Source of the DNA: a virus
Strand: one strand, 5' to 3'
Length of the DNA stretch: 64,000 nucleotides
IMG/VR virus record: IMGVR_UViG_3300042399_001709
Location: 16,784 to 80,783 of that record
The position numbers and the translations under genes are program-made. The notes beneath the pieces are model-generated. The model ran no database searches. It was given only the letters and a program-made list of their open reading frames with translations, and was not told the origin of the DNA. Below, one piece after another: positions 27,713-37,477 of the stretch. Positions within the stretch are counted from its first letter, which is position 1; each line of letters starts with the position of its first letter.

Positions 27713-29488
27713 TTACCCTAGAACGACGACTCGGTATGTCCCGGCCAGGCTGATTGTGACGGTCAGGGTGTTTGTGGTTGCTGTTACCACGTCACAGAGC
27801 ACCGCAGCATCGCCAGAATCGTACACGGAAACAACCACTGCCTTCGTCCCAAGGCTGTGGGTGACCGTCTTGGCCTCTCCGGCCGTCCAGGTAGCGCTGG
27901 TGTTATAGCGGAGTGCTCCACCGTAGGTTGAGGCAATAGCAGTGCCCTGCCAGGTGCCAGCAGAGATTGTGCCGACGGTTGTAATGCTGTCATCGCCGCT
28001 GTATGTTCCGCCAGCTACTGCGGCCAGGGTTGCGTTGTATGCCTGAACGTCCGTGCCAATCGCAAGTCCAAGGGCCGTGCGGGCATCGCCAGCGCTGGTC
28101 GAACCAGTACCACCGCTTGCAATAGCAATCGCGGTGCCGTTCCACACGCCGGTGGCGATTGTGCCAACCGAGGTCAGGCTTGATCCGGTGACTCCGCTGC
28201 CAAGGGTTGTTGCATTGAGGACGCTTGTTCCAGCAATCTTGTAGGCCTTGCCAGTAAGAAGGTTAAAGTCTTCTGACGAGGTCCATGCGTCTGTTGCGTC
28301 AACCCAGTTAAGCGTCTTGTCGGTGGTGCCTTTAAGAGTAATACCGCCGCCATCAGCGGTTGCGTCACTTGGCGTGGCTACCGATCCAAGCTCAATGTTC
28401 TTGTCGTCTACCGTGAGGGTAGTTGAGTTGATGGTGGTGGTTGTTCCGTTGACCGTCAGGTCACCAGAAAGCACAAGGCTTGTACCAGTTGCTGCGCCAA
28501 TGTTTGGCGTGACAAGGGTTGGCGTGTTCGCGAATACAAGTGCGCCACTGCCTGTCTCGTCAGAGATAACGCCAGCAAGTTCTGAGGATGACGTTGCGGC
28601 AAAAGCGCTAAGCTTGTTTCCAGTAAGCGCAACCGTGCCAGAAGCATCTGGAAGGTTAATTGACCTGTCGGCAGTTGGATCAACAACATTAAGGAACGTT
28701 TCGAAGTCGTTAGCCGTTGTTCCTTCGAAATAAATTCCGTGCGTTTCTGGAAGGTAGATACCGTGAATTGTCGGCGTCTGCCCTGTGGCAGTGATGGTTG
28801 CGCCGTTAAGTGTTGGCGTATTGGCAAAGACTAGGGCGCCGCTTCCGGTTTCTCCCGTTACAGCGCTGGCAAGATTTGCAGACGATGGGGTTGCAAGGAA
28901 ATCTGCAACACCAGTTCCCAGGCCAGAGACGCCCGTGCTGATCGGAAGGCCGCTTGCATTTGTAAGGGTGGCGCTTGATGGCGTCCCAAGTGCGGGAGTA
29001 ACAAGCGTTGGGCTGTTGGCAAACACCAGAGCGCCTGTGCCGGTCTCGTCAGAGATAACGCCAGCAAGCTCGGCAGAAGAGGTTGCCGCAAAATCACCTA
29101 GCTTGTTTGAGGTGCTTGCCTTGCTTGCGGCCAGGTCGTAAGCAGACTTGACGGACGCTGGGACAGCGGCCGTAGTCGTTGAGGTGCTGGAGGTGGAGTT
29201 TTCAAGCTGTACGGCACCCTTTTGGCTGGTCGTGCCGTCCTGGATAGTAATGTTTGGCGTATTGCCGCCGGAAGAGGCGAGCGGGCTGGAGGCGGTTACA
29301 GAGGTAACGGTGCCACCGCCAGTTGCAAGCGTGACCCACGCAGCTCCGTCATAAACCTTGATGGCGTCAGAGACGGTGTTGTAATAAATCTGACCCTGAA
29401 CTGGCGATGCCGGGTCGGTGGCAAGGTTCTGTAGCGTGGCGTTCTGCAGCTCATTTTTCTGAAGGTCAAGATTGGTTAAGAACTTCAT
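27713..29488 (-). CDS. tail fibre/virion structural protein
   Basis: MKFLTNLDL..NELQNA start; repeated LAGVISDETG.GALVFAN.PTL; GDLTVNGTTTTINST; KGAVQL fibre repeat. Confidence 0.75.
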   Translation of the reverse strand: MKFLTNLDLQKNELQNATLQNLATDPASPVQGQIYYNTVSDAIKVYDGAAWVTLATGGGTVTSVTASSPLASSGGNTPNITIQDGTTSQKGAVQLENSTSSTSTTTAAVPASVKSAYDLAASKASTSNKLGDFAATSSAELAGVISDETGTGALVFANSPTLVTPALGTPSSATLTNASGLPISTGVSGLGTGVADFLATPSSANLASAVTGETGSGALVFANTPTLNGATITATGQTPTIHGIYLPETHGIYFEGTTANDFETFLNVVDPTADRSINLPDASGTVALTGNKLSAFAATSSSELAGVISDETGSGALVFANTPTLVTPNIGAATGTSLVLSGDLTVNGTTTTINSTTLTVDDKNIELGSVATPSDATADGGGITLKGTTDKTLNWVDATDAWTSSEDFNLLTGKAYKIAGTSVLNATTLGSGVTGSSLTSVGTIATGVWNGTAIAIASGGTGSTSAGDARTALGLAIGTDVQAYNATLAAVAGGTYSGDDSITTVGTISAGTWQGTAIASTYGGALRYNTSATWTAGEAKTVTHSLGTKAVVVSVYDSGDAAVLCDVVTATTNTLTVTISLAGTYRVVVLG

Positions 29489-29497
29489 GCTTCCCCC

Positions 29498-29950
29498 TTA
29501 GTTTAGGTATGCCTTACCGCCAAAGGCGGCAACGAACGTAAGCCGCAGGCTGTTGCTGTCAAGATACTCAATGTTGCCGTAAACGACACTACCAGCTGAA
29601 TCTACAACCATGACAGACGGAAAACAATTCAAATTGTGCGTAACGCTCCAGGTAGACGAGGCAGTGTTTTGGCTGTGCGTATAGGTGGTGTGAGAAGCTC
29701 CGGTTCCCTGCGGACCTTGCGGTCCGGTTGCGCCCTGTGCGCCCTGTGGGCCCTGCGGGCCCTGTGGGCCGTCTGATCCAACAAAGCCATCATCGCCTTT
29801 TGGTCCCTGCAGCCCAAGGGTTCCTACCGTGACGCTATTGGTTGTCTGGTTGGCCGTAATTGAATTTGTTGACGGAGATACGGTAACAGTATTATCTGTA
29901 GCCGCTGTAATCGTTAAATTTATGTCTACTACGTCGACGTCTGGGCTCAT
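29498..29950 (-). CDS. collagen-like virion protein
   Basis: (G-X-Y)n [16 protein letters not shown]; [16 protein letters not shown]-terminus. Confidence 0.75.
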   Translation of the reverse strand: MSPDVDVVDINLTITAATDNTVTVSPSTNSITANQTTNSVTVGTLGLQGPKGDDGFVGSDGPQGPQGPQGAQGATGPQGPQGTGASHTTYTHSQNTASSTWSVTHNLNCFPSVMVVDSAGSVVYGNIEYLDSNSLRLTFVAAFGGKAYLN

Positions 29951-30294
29951 CTCGTTACTTCTCCGGTGACAATAAAGTCTCCGGAGATAAGCCTGACAAC
30001 GACACCGGCTCCAGAGATAAGCTCAAGATCGTAAACGTAATTGCCTGCCGGTACCGAGGCAAGCGTCGCGGCAGAGATGGCAATCGCAACCGTTCCAGCA
30101 GCCCCACCAAGCGTGATGCCAGAGGCATTAGTCAGCGACAAATACGGAGTTTCAGAGCCAAGGGTCTTCCGCACCTGCATCCTGGCGGTATAGCCAGTAA
30201 TGTTAATCAGCACGTTTGAGCTGTCCCTATAGGTCAGCGTAGCGTTGTAGTTTGCTCCCTGTTCAGCGGTGATGTCGTACACAGAACTTGCCAT
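29947..30294 (-). CDS. baseplate/fibre-attachment protein (BppU-like)
   Basis: EQGA...[12 protein letters not shown]...YVYDLEL...RLISG.F.V..EVTR. Confidence 0.65.
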   Translation of the reverse strand: MASSVYDITAEQGANYNATLTYRDSSNVLINITGYTARMQVRKTLGSETPYLSLTNASGITLGGAAGTVAIAISAATLASVPAGNYVYDLELISGAGVVVRLISGDFIVTGEVTR

Positions 30295-30324
30295 GGTATA
30301 TCCTATTGTTACACGATAACCGGA

Positions 30325-30666
30325 TTAGCCGGTAAGGCCAGACCGCAGCCTTTTGAGGTTTTCAACTGCATTTTCGAACGCCTTGACCTGGTTGTCAATA
30401 GCTTCCAGCAATTTCTTATTGGCAACCTGCACCCCAAGCATGGCCGTTGCCTCTTCTTGCTCCATTTGCATGAGGCGGGCACGGATCTTGTTATATGCTT
30501 TACTGCGTCTTGGCACGCCTGAGGAGGCGTAGCACCGCATTGTCTCTGCGGTTAGGCCAAATACCGGCCCAGCAGCCGCGCAGGCGTCCTTAATAGACTT
30601 AAATTGCGGGTAGTCGCGTGCCAGCATACGCTGTAGGTCCCCGCCGTCAATCGGAACTCGATGCAT
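30325..30666 (-). CDS. hypothetical protein (HTH-like plus coiled coil)
   Basis: GAGGTGG SD before the ATG at 30666. Confidence 0.55.
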   Translation of the reverse strand: MHRVPIDGGDLQRMLARDYPQFKSIKDACAAAGPVFGLTAETMRCYASSGVPRRSKAYNKIRARLMQMEQEEATAMLGVQVANKKLLEAIDNQVKAFENAVENLKRLRSGLTG

Positions 30667-30673
30667 AGCCACC

Positions 30674-30910
30674 TCAATAATAGTCGGAACAGGAGGCAAA
30701 ATAGCCACATTCACAAATAAGCTTGCACTTAAACTCTTGCATTCTTGCTCCACAGTTGGCGCATTGCAGCACTACAAGCTCAGAAGCCGTGTCGCAAGGA
30801 TAGCAAAGTTCGGGCTCCGCTGCATGGTTTTGACAGCGTTTAAACGTAGTTTTACATAGCCTGCATGTACGTTCATTAGAAATCTCGCAGGTGTCGCAGA
30901 TACTGATCAT
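30674..30910 (-). CDS. Cys-rich zinc-finger protein
   Basis: Several CxxC pairs; AAGGA SD. Confidence 0.5.
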   Translation of the reverse strand: MISICDTCEISNERTCRLCKTTFKRCQNHAAEPELCYPCDTASELVVLQCANCGARMQEFKCKLICECGYFASCSDYY

Positions 30911-30937
30911 GCAGATTTCCTTTGGTATACTACAACT

Positions 30938-31462
30938 ATGGCAAAGCGTGGGCGCGTTGGCGCTGAACAACTGGGCGTACTTCGAGAAAAGATTAAAGGC
31001 CTGCACCTGCAGGGGGTTCCGATGCCGGAAATCGCCACTGCCGTAGACCTTTCGCCCGAAACTGTCCGGAAACATATCTATGCTATCAGAAAACAATGGT
31101 CTGAGGAAGGTCCGGACGCTGCTTCTAGCCGGATTGAGCTAATCCAGCGGGCAAACCTTATTGGCAAAATGGCCGCCGGAGGAGCCGCCCGCGCCCGTGG
31201 CTCAAAGGAGGAGGCAACTTTCCTTAAGCTGCAGCTTGAAGTGGTTGATCGACTTGCCAAACTTACGGGTGCCTATGCCCCAGAAACATCTTCCAGGCCA
31301 GGGCAGACAAACGTGGCCATTCAGATCAACACCGTTCACGAGATTGACAACCTTCCCCCAGCAGAGCTTGCAAAAAGGCTGCAAATGTGGGCAAGCGAAG
31401 TTACGGACAGCCTCAAGATAATTGAAGGGACGGCCACAGAAGATGACAGCGACGGTCAATAA
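30938..31462 (+). CDS. terS: terminase small subunit (HTH)
   Basis: N-terminal HTH (MPEIATAVDLSPETVRKH), RLAKLTG helix, directly upstream of terL. Confidence 0.7.
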   Translation: MAKRGRVGAEQLGVLREKIKGLHLQGVPMPEIATAVDLSPETVRKHIYAIRKQWSEEGPDAASSRIELIQRANLIGKMAAGGAARARGSKEEATFLKLQLEVVDRLAKLTGAYAPETSSRPGQTNVAIQINTVHEIDNLPPAELAKRLQMWASEVTDSLKIIEGTATEDDSDGQ

Positions 31463-32864
31463 CAACTACCGGGAGTGGCTTAGGGTCAAAGCCCAAACTT
31501 CCGACGCTGCCTTTGCTGAGTATGTTAGCGGGCTGGTCTTTCCAAGGCATCTGCGCGAGATGGAGCAGTTTCTTGACGAGAACGAGCGCGGACTGGTGCT
31601 CATGCCCCGTGGCCACGCTAAGACTACGCAGTTGATTCATCGCGCCGCCCGCATGGTTGGCGTAACAAAGGGCAAGGTGCGCATTGGCGTTCTTACCGCA
31701 GTCATGTCTGACGCCCTGGCACGATCTAGGGCAATTAAGGTCATCATTGAGTCCCCGTACTTTGCCGAAGTTTTTCCCTGGGCGCAAGAAGGCGTTATTG
31801 GCTCCAAGTGGACCGACGAAGTGTGGACAGTGAAGGGGGCAAACCTGGGCAAGGACTCAACGTGCTTTGCCGACGGACTTGGCTCTATTAAGCCCGGAGC
31901 TCGACTTGACATTCTTTTTGCGGACGACATGGTGGGCATGAAGGAAAACGCTACTGCTGTTCAGCGCCAGAAGGCAAGTGAAACGTATTGGCAGGTTGTC
32001 GACCCCATGCTTGTGCCCAAGGCAAAGCGTTGGTACATCGGCACGCGCTGGCACGAAGATGACTTTTACGCCGAGCTTATTAAGAAGAACGTGCCGCACT
32101 ATCAGCGACGAGCGCTCGAGGAAGACGCTGTTCTCTGGCCGGAAATGTACACCGTTGCCGACATGGAGCAAAAGAAGATGGAGCTTGGCACGCCAATCTT
32201 TATGTTGCAGTTCCAAAACGATGTTACCTCAATGGGCGGCAACATCTTTAGGTATGAAAACTTTCAGCGTGTCGACAAGGTCCCAGAAGGATCACGCCGC
32301 CTAGGCGTAGACCTTGCATCCTCAGCCTCCCAGAGAAGCGACTACACCGCTGCTGTGGAGATTGTGGTAGACGACCAGCACAACATTTACATCATCGGCA
32401 GCTGGAAGTCTCGGTTGCAGGAAGGGCACAGGGCTTGGTTGACCGGCATTGACGGCCAGGGAAACCTTGACTACGACTCTGGGCCCCGCGCACTATGGCC
32501 ACAACGACTCGTTGGCCTCAAGGGGCTTGACCCGGAGCTCGACGATGCTCGCTTCTTTGAGTCGGTCAACATTGAGGCCGTTCAACATCAGAGTACGTTC
32601 GTTCGAGAGATCTTGTCCACCACAACCCTGCCGGCAAGGCCGATTCGCCCGGACCGAGATAAGGTCACGCGCTCCAGGGCTCTTGCGGCAAGGTATGAGG
32701 CCGGTAAGGTCTTCCACGTAAACAACGCCCCTGGCATTGATGACCTTGAGATGCAGCTGCTTGCATTCCCAAACGGGTCACACGACGACGTTGTTGATGC
32801 GCTAGTGTACGCAGCCGATCTTGGCGGAGACGGCTTTTACTTCACTGCAGCTAAGCGCTACTAG
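31443..32864 (+). CDS. terL: terminase large subunit
   Basis: Walker A LMPRGHAKTT, Walker B ILFADD, GTRWHEDD, nuclease GVDLA and FPNGSHDDVVDAL. Confidence 0.92.
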   Translation: MTATVNNNYREWLRVKAQTSDAAFAEYVSGLVFPRHLREMEQFLDENERGLVLMPRGHAKTTQLIHRAARMVGVTKGKVRIGVLTAVMSDALARSRAIKVIIESPYFAEVFPWAQEGVIGSKWTDEVWTVKGANLGKDSTCFADGLGSIKPGARLDILFADDMVGMKENATAVQRQKASETYWQVVDPMLVPKAKRWYIGTRWHEDDFYAELIKKNVPHYQRRALEEDAVLWPEMYTVADMEQKKMELGTPIFMLQFQNDVTSMGGNIFRYENFQRVDKVPEGSRRLGVDLASSASQRSDYTAAVEIVVDDQHNIYIIGSWKSRLQEGHRAWLTGIDGQGNLDYDSGPRALWPQRLVGLKGLDPELDDARFFESVNIEAVQHQSTFVREILSTTTLPARPIRPDRDKVTRSRALAARYEAGKVFHVNNAPGIDDLEMQLLAFPNGSHDDVVDALVYAADLGGDGFYFTAAKRY

Positions 32865-33823
32865 CACATCCACCAATCATCCGTGCAAAGATCCGGGGCA
32901 AACTCATCCCCTGAGAACATTTGCAGCAAAGCCTTGGTGGTCTTGAGCCTCTGGGCAATGGTCATGCTGCTAGAAGTCGCCTCCATCACCATATTCAATG
33001 CCTCTTCGGTAGTGACACCGTTTTCTGCTGCGTAGGCTGCAATTGCCCCCGACACATACGGAGCTGAGAACGACGTTCCGCTTACCAACCTCTCGTCGGT
33101 TGGGCCCATGGCCAATACGTTGGCGCCCGGGGCATACAGCCAGACGCAATCTCCGTAGTTTGACTTAGTCCACGGAAGATCCAGCCACGTGCTTGCGGCT
33201 ACCGCAACCATCAGTCCGTCGCCACAGCCCATTCGGGATGGTGAATACTTAGCAGCGTTTGCTCCATAGTTGCCGGCGGCAATGATTACTGGAATCCCAA
33301 GGTCGCTAATGGCCTCTACGGCCTTGTCTACTGCCTTGTCAGCCTTTCCGCCAAAACTAATATTTACAACAGAGGTGTCTGGGCTTGCATTAGTTGCAAT
33401 CCACTTAAGTCCAGCCAGGATTGCCGCCCTCGTGCCACCTCCACTGCAATTAAGCACACGCACGGGAACAATGGTTGCAGCCTCGGCTACGCCATAGCCG
33501 GCTCCGGCAATAAGAGACGCCACAGAAGTTCCGTGGCCCTTAGCGCAATCAAGGGTGTTCTTGCCAAAGCTATGAAAGCCAGGGGCAAGGTTTTCAATAA
33601 GCCCGTTGTCGGCAATACCAGTATCTACAACGTATACCGTGATTCCAGCACCCTTACCGGCACCGCTCCAGACAAAACCGTCACGAACGTAGCCGCCACG
33701 CCAAAAATTATCTGGCTCAAGGATGCGGTCTCGGGCCCAGTCGTCTTCTGCTTGCGCAAAATACTCTGGGGCCGGAGAGCAGGGGACAATAATGAGCGCT
33801 AGCGCAATAATGAAGTTAAGCAT
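32861..33823 (-). CDS. subtilisin-like S8 serine protease, probably exported
   Basis: Catalytic triad motifs VVDTG, GHGTSVAS, SGTSFSAP; AAGN; hydrophobic N-terminus. Confidence 0.9.
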   Translation of the reverse strand: MLNFIIALALIIVPCSPAPEYFAQAEDDWARDRILEPDNFWRGGYVRDGFVWSGAGKGAGITVYVVDTGIADNGLIENLAPGFHSFGKNTLDCAKGHGTSVASLIAGAGYGVAEAATIVPVRVLNCSGGGTRAAILAGLKWIATNASPDTSVVNISFGGKADKAVDKAVEAISDLGIPVIIAAGNYGANAAKYSPSRMGCGDGLMVAVAASTWLDLPWTKSNYGDCVWLYAPGANVLAMGPTDERLVSGTSFSAPYVSGAIAAYAAENGVTTEEALNMVMEATSSSMTIAQRLKTTKALLQMFSGDEFAPDLCTDDWWMC

Positions 33824-33826
33824 TGG

Positions 33827-34147
33827 TTACGCCTCGATCTGTTCGGCGTTTTCCCCTAAGCTTGCATACACCGGCATGCCCGGCTGAAAGTACGCACCTT
33901 CAACATTAAACGAGATGTACTCGTCAGCCTCAAGATACGGGTCAGAGTCTTCTGCCTGATCCTGATCGATGCTCTGCTCCTGCTCAATAATCTCTTGAGC
34001 CATCTTCTTGACCATCTTATCTCGGTCATAAATTGCTACCGTAAGCTGTCCGTCAGATCCATGAAAGATGTTTCCGTGTCCAATAAGGCAATCGTCCCAT
34101 CCGTCGGCGTACAAAACGCCTTCGATCTTTTCAGTTACTGAGGCCAT
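33827..34147 (-). CDS. conserved phage hypothetical protein
   Basis: LYADGWDDCLIG...AIYD...EADEYISFNVEGAY...P pattern. Confidence 0.65.
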   Translation of the reverse strand: MASVTEKIEGVLYADGWDDCLIGHGNIFHGSDGQLTVAIYDRDKMVKKMAQEIIEQEQSIDQDQAEDSDPYLEADEYISFNVEGAYFQPGMPVYASLGENAEQIEA

Positions 34148-34149
34148 TT

Positions 34150-34512
34150 TCAACTCCTAAATACAAAGACCTGCCTTTTCTTGCAGGAAATACAGTACGT
34201 TGAAGCATGTAGCTCTGACAACGTATTGGACCTGACTGAATCCTTAGCCTCAATCCTGCCACAGCGGGAACAAATCCATCCCCCGCTGATCGTTTTCTTA
34301 TCTACAACAACGAGCTTGTACTGCCAAGACTTGCGCTTTGGGTCTACGTTCTGCTGGTGATCAATAACATGACCAGCAGTCCTGAGCTCTGCAATCAGAG
34401 CACCAAATCGCTCCCCCTCAGGAAGCTCGTTCTGAACCAGCTTGGCATCAACCCAGCTGTTTTGATAGCGCTGCAAAATGGCCAGAACTGCTTTCGCGTT
34501 CTTGCTAATCAC
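34150..34512 (-). CDS. winged-HTH plus zinc-ribbon hypothetical protein
   Basis: IAELRTAGHVID HTH-like segment; two CxxC. Confidence 0.5.
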   Translation of the reverse strand: MISKNAKAVLAILQRYQNSWVDAKLVQNELPEGERFGALIAELRTAGHVIDHQQNVDPKRKSWQYKLVVVDKKTISGGWICSRCGRIEAKDSVRSNTLSELHASTYCISCKKRQVFVFRS

Positions 34513-34841
34513 TTTGCACGAACCATCTTATTAATAAAGGTGTGGTTCGCCCAAGCGTATACAAAAAGCTGAAGGTCCTCCACATCACTGCCGTTGTAGG
34601 TCGTTGCAACGCGGTCGTTTGGGACGTGCATTGACACGTGGGCTCGAATCTTCTGCGTCTTGCGATCCCTGGCGATAAAGCAAAACCCTTCGTAGTCGGC
34701 GTCCTTGCCGCCAAGAACCGGCGCAAGCTTCTTGGAAACCGTAGTCAAGTACTCTGCCAGCTCGTCGGAAAGGTCAAGCATGATTGCGCGCTCGGCCAAG
34801 GGGCTAGGAGTACTCTTTGGCTTTGGCATCTTGCTGCTCAT
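34509..34841 (-). CDS. hypothetical protein
   Basis: 4-nt overlaps with both neighbours. Confidence 0.55.
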   Translation of the reverse strand: MSSKMPKPKSTPSPLAERAIMLDLSDELAEYLTTVSKKLAPVLGGKDADYEGFCFIARDRKTQKIRAHVSMHVPNDRVATTYNGSDVEDLQLFVYAWANHTFINKMVRAK

Positions 34842-35098
34842 TCGGCACCCCCTACCAGCTTATTGACCAATTGTTCCGCATGCTCTGCGGCAGTATCCGT
34901 CTGATTTGAAAGGCCTTGGCCGAGCACAACTCGTTGCACCCGGTCAATTACTGCCCAGAATACCACGCTATGCTCTCGGTCGTTTTCTAGGACGATCCAG
35001 AGGTCATCCCTATTCACCTTTGGCCTCCTGCTTTGGCGGGTATTGGGTAAACTCAACAAGTGGGCAGCCGCTGTCCCAGCAGAATCCGCCCTCTTCAA
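34838..35098 (-). CDS. hypothetical protein (true start probably near 35017)
   Basis: Fills the operon; GGAGG precedes an internal GTG. Confidence 0.4.
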   Translation of the reverse strand: MKRADSAGTAAAHLLSLPNTRQSRRPKVNRDDLWIVLENDREHSVVFWAVIDRVQRVVLGQGLSNQTDTAAEHAEQLVNKLVGGAE

Positions 35099-35462
35099 TT
35101 GTTGCTCCGGCGCAGTTTAGGCACATCATATCTACAGCCTTTTGCATCCTGGTGACCATCTTGCTTTCTGCAAGAACGACACGCTTTGCTCTCGTTGGGC
35201 TTTCGGTAATTGCTAACTTCTGCAGAAGCTCACTGCTATCTTTGCCGCTCTTTAGGCAATAGAAGTCAACAAACCTGGAAATGAACTGAGGCACAATCCT
35301 GCGGTGCCCGTAGACGTAAGCTGCGATTGTCCGGTGACTGTACCCGCCCATCTCTTCAGCTAGCTTCTTGGCCGCTTCGCCTCGATTAAAGCCCGGGTAC
35401 ATCTTTTCAAGTTCGTCTTCGAGCTGACGGTACGTCATCACCACAGACTCGCGCAACGACAC
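35010..35462 (-). CDS. putative HTH DNA-binding protein with Cys cluster
   Basis: EAAKKLAEEMGGYSHRTIAAYVYG; CLNC...C...CPL. Confidence 0.55.
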   Translation of the reverse strand: MSLRESVVMTYRQLEDELEKMYPGFNRGEAAKKLAEEMGGYSHRTIAAYVYGHRRIVPQFISRFVDFYCLKSGKDSSELLQKLAITESPTRAKRVVLAESKMVTRMQKAVDMMCLNCAGATIEEGGFCWDSGCPLVEFTQYPPKQEAKGE

Positions 35463-35851
35463 TAACGGTCCTCCGCAAGCAAGCTTTCTTCAAGTGGCCT
35501 GCCCCAGAGCCCGCGCCGGAGCGCAACGGCAATCAAGGCGTAGTTTGCAATGTCGAGCAGGGTATCCTCAAGCGACTCCTCGGTGCTGTAGTCCATGTCG
35601 CTAAGAACAACCTTCCCGTCAATCACCCTGCCATTCATAAACTTCAGGGCGCGAGAAACCTTGTCGAAGGAGATGCGGCCAATCACGCCGTACAGCCCCA
35701 GGTGCTGAATGTTTGCGTCTCCGTACCGGCGCTGCTTCTCAACCAAGAGAGAGAACGCCTCTGAGTAGATCCTTTGAAACTCGGACTCAAACGATCCCTC
35801 TACAAAAAGATCTGGGATTGCGGTGAGCTGGTGGTCCTTTGTGTCGCTCAA
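35462..35851 (-). CDS. nucleotide-modification-associated domain 1-like protein (MazG/dNTP pyrophosphatase-like)
   Basis: EKQRRYG...R..DK..R...ESLEDTLLDIANYALI. Confidence 0.7.
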   Translation of the reverse strand: MSDTKDHQLTAIPDLFVEGSFESEFQRIYSEAFSLLVEKQRRYGDANIQHLGLYGVIGRISFDKVSRALKFMNGRVIDGKVVLSDMDYSTEESLEDTLLDIANYALIAVALRRGLWGRPLEESLLAEDR

Positions 35852-35852
35852 G

Positions 35853-36728
35853 TTACCTCCTTGCGTTTAGTGCTCGCTTGATTCCAGTCTCAAGATCGAC
35901 TTTCGGTGTGTATACCTTTAGCATAGAGGAAATGTCTGCTACGCGCCAGTTTACGCCCTCTGGCTTGTCTGTTAGAAACTGAAACTTCGGGAAGTACCCT
36001 TCCGCCTTGGCAACCATTTCTCCCAGCTCGCGGAAGCTTGTACCGTGTCCGGTGCCAATGTTGAGCGGCCCACGGTAGTCTTGCTTCACTGCCGCGTCAA
36101 CGCAGCCAACGACATCGCTAATGTGCACAAAGTCCCTGGTCTGGGTTCCGTCGCCCCAAATAACAAATGGGTTTTCTCGATTACGTCCCCGCTCGATGAA
36201 CGATGGGAACGGATAGTCTAGGGCCTGGTCTTCTCCGTACCCGGAGAATGGGCGGAACACGTGCGTGCGCACACCCTCTGCCTCGGCAAATTGCGCAAGG
36301 TACTCTCCCGTAAGCTTTGACCAGCCGTAGGTAAGGTCTGGGTTGCGGATATTACTAAGGTTAATGTCTGCCTCTGTAAGCTTCTTGTGTGACTGCTTGG
36401 TCTGCAGCTCGATTGGATATGCTGCCGAAGAAGAGAAGTAAACGACTCTTGGTTGCCTGGTGCGGATAGCCCACTGCCACATTTCCGCGTCGATAGAGAG
36501 GTCAACGGCCACAGAGAGGGGGTTCCCTTCAATCTTTGCCCGGCCACCGACTACGGCCGCTAAATGAATTACCAGGTCAAACTTCGTGTGATTTGCCAGG
36601 GAGAAGAATTTACGCACGTCCATTGAGTCAACGATGTCAACGCCAAGAATCGTGTGCCCCTGGCTTTCGTAAAACTTCTGAAAGTGCCGACCGACAAACC
36701 CTCGGTGCCCAGTAATTAAAATGTTCAC
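35853..36728 (-). CDS. NAD-dependent sugar epimerase/dehydratase
   Basis: ILITGHRGFVG, HLAAVVGG, SSSAAY, YGWSK, RDFVHISD. Confidence 0.92.
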   Translation of the reverse strand: MNILITGHRGFVGRHFQKFYESQGHTILGVDIVDSMDVRKFFSLANHTKFDLVIHLAAVVGGRAKIEGNPLSVAVDLSIDAEMWQWAIRTRQPRVVYFSSSAAYPIELQTKQSHKKLTEADINLSNIRNPDLTYGWSKLTGEYLAQFAEAEGVRTHVFRPFSGYGEDQALDYPFPSFIERGRNRENPFVIWGDGTQTRDFVHISDVVGCVDAAVKQDYRGPLNIGTGHGTSFRELGEMVAKAEGYFPKFQFLTDKPEGVNWRVADISSMLKVYTPKVDLETGIKRALNARR

Positions 36729-37477
36729 TAGTAAGCCTCCAGTAGCTCAAGGTCATATTCAAACTTGCCAATTCCGCCATTCTTAACGGACAGGCTTTCA
36801 TCTTCCCAGATGACAAAATAATCGTTCTCGTCTAGCGCTGCGCCGACGTGATTTGCAGGATTCTCAAGTTCAACTGGGAACTTCTTGGTAACGCTTGGCG
36901 CTGTTACCTTTGTGCCAAAAAAGCTGTCGTGAATCATGCAGCTTTTCTCCACCCTTACCCAAACCCTCCGTGACAAAAACTTTTGGTCGGATAGGTATGG
37001 GTCTCTGTCGGTTTCCTCCTGCATAAACATGCCCATCATTGTGGCAAGATTTCGAAGCTTATCTGCGTAGCCGCCCCACATCCCTGCGCTCATCGGCCAT
37101 TTCTTGTGACCAATCTCGTGATCTTTCATTACATGGAAGTCTAGGCCGCTATCAAGCCATTCTTCGTAGGCTCGGCGCTCTCGGACGGTCAGGCGCGCAT
37201 CAATATCCCTAATCAGTACAACATCGACTTCTCGGTCGGAAAACGCAAGAAATCTCCAGGCATTCGCAAACCATTGGTTTCCGGCTGGTGCAATCTTAAT
37301 TTCCACATTGGAAAACTTCTTTAACTCTTCTACGGCCCATGCGGGAACTCCGTGCGCGATATAGATGCGCATTACAAAGTCCGGGTAAATCTTTTTTGCC
37401 AGGATTGCGTTAATAAACGCTCCGACAATGTATCGCCTGTTGTTTCCGTAGAGAACAAAGGAGAGAACGTTTTTCAC
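36728..37477 (-). CDS. putative glycosyltransferase-like protein
   Basis: SFVLYG...WRFL...IRDIDAR (DxD)...AGMWG...DQ.FL. Confidence 0.6.
   Translation of the reverse strand: MKNVLSFVLYGNNRRYIVGAFINAILAKKIYPDFVMRIYIAHGVPAWAVEELKKFSNVEIKIAPAGNQWFANAWRFLAFSDREVDVVLIRDIDARLTVRERRAYEEWLDSGLDFHVMKDHEIGHKKWPMSAGMWGGYADKLRNLATMMGMFMQEETDRDPYLSDQKFLSRRVWVRVEKSCMIHDSFFGTKVTAPSVTKKFPVELENPANHVGAALDENDYFVIWEDESLSVKNGGIGKFEYDLELLEAY

Noticed and set aside
20611-29488. Diversity-generating retroelement or invertible fibre cassette
   Set aside because: No reverse transcriptase, invertase, TR/VR pair or flanking inverted repeats were seen; the opposed fibre operons alone are not sufficient
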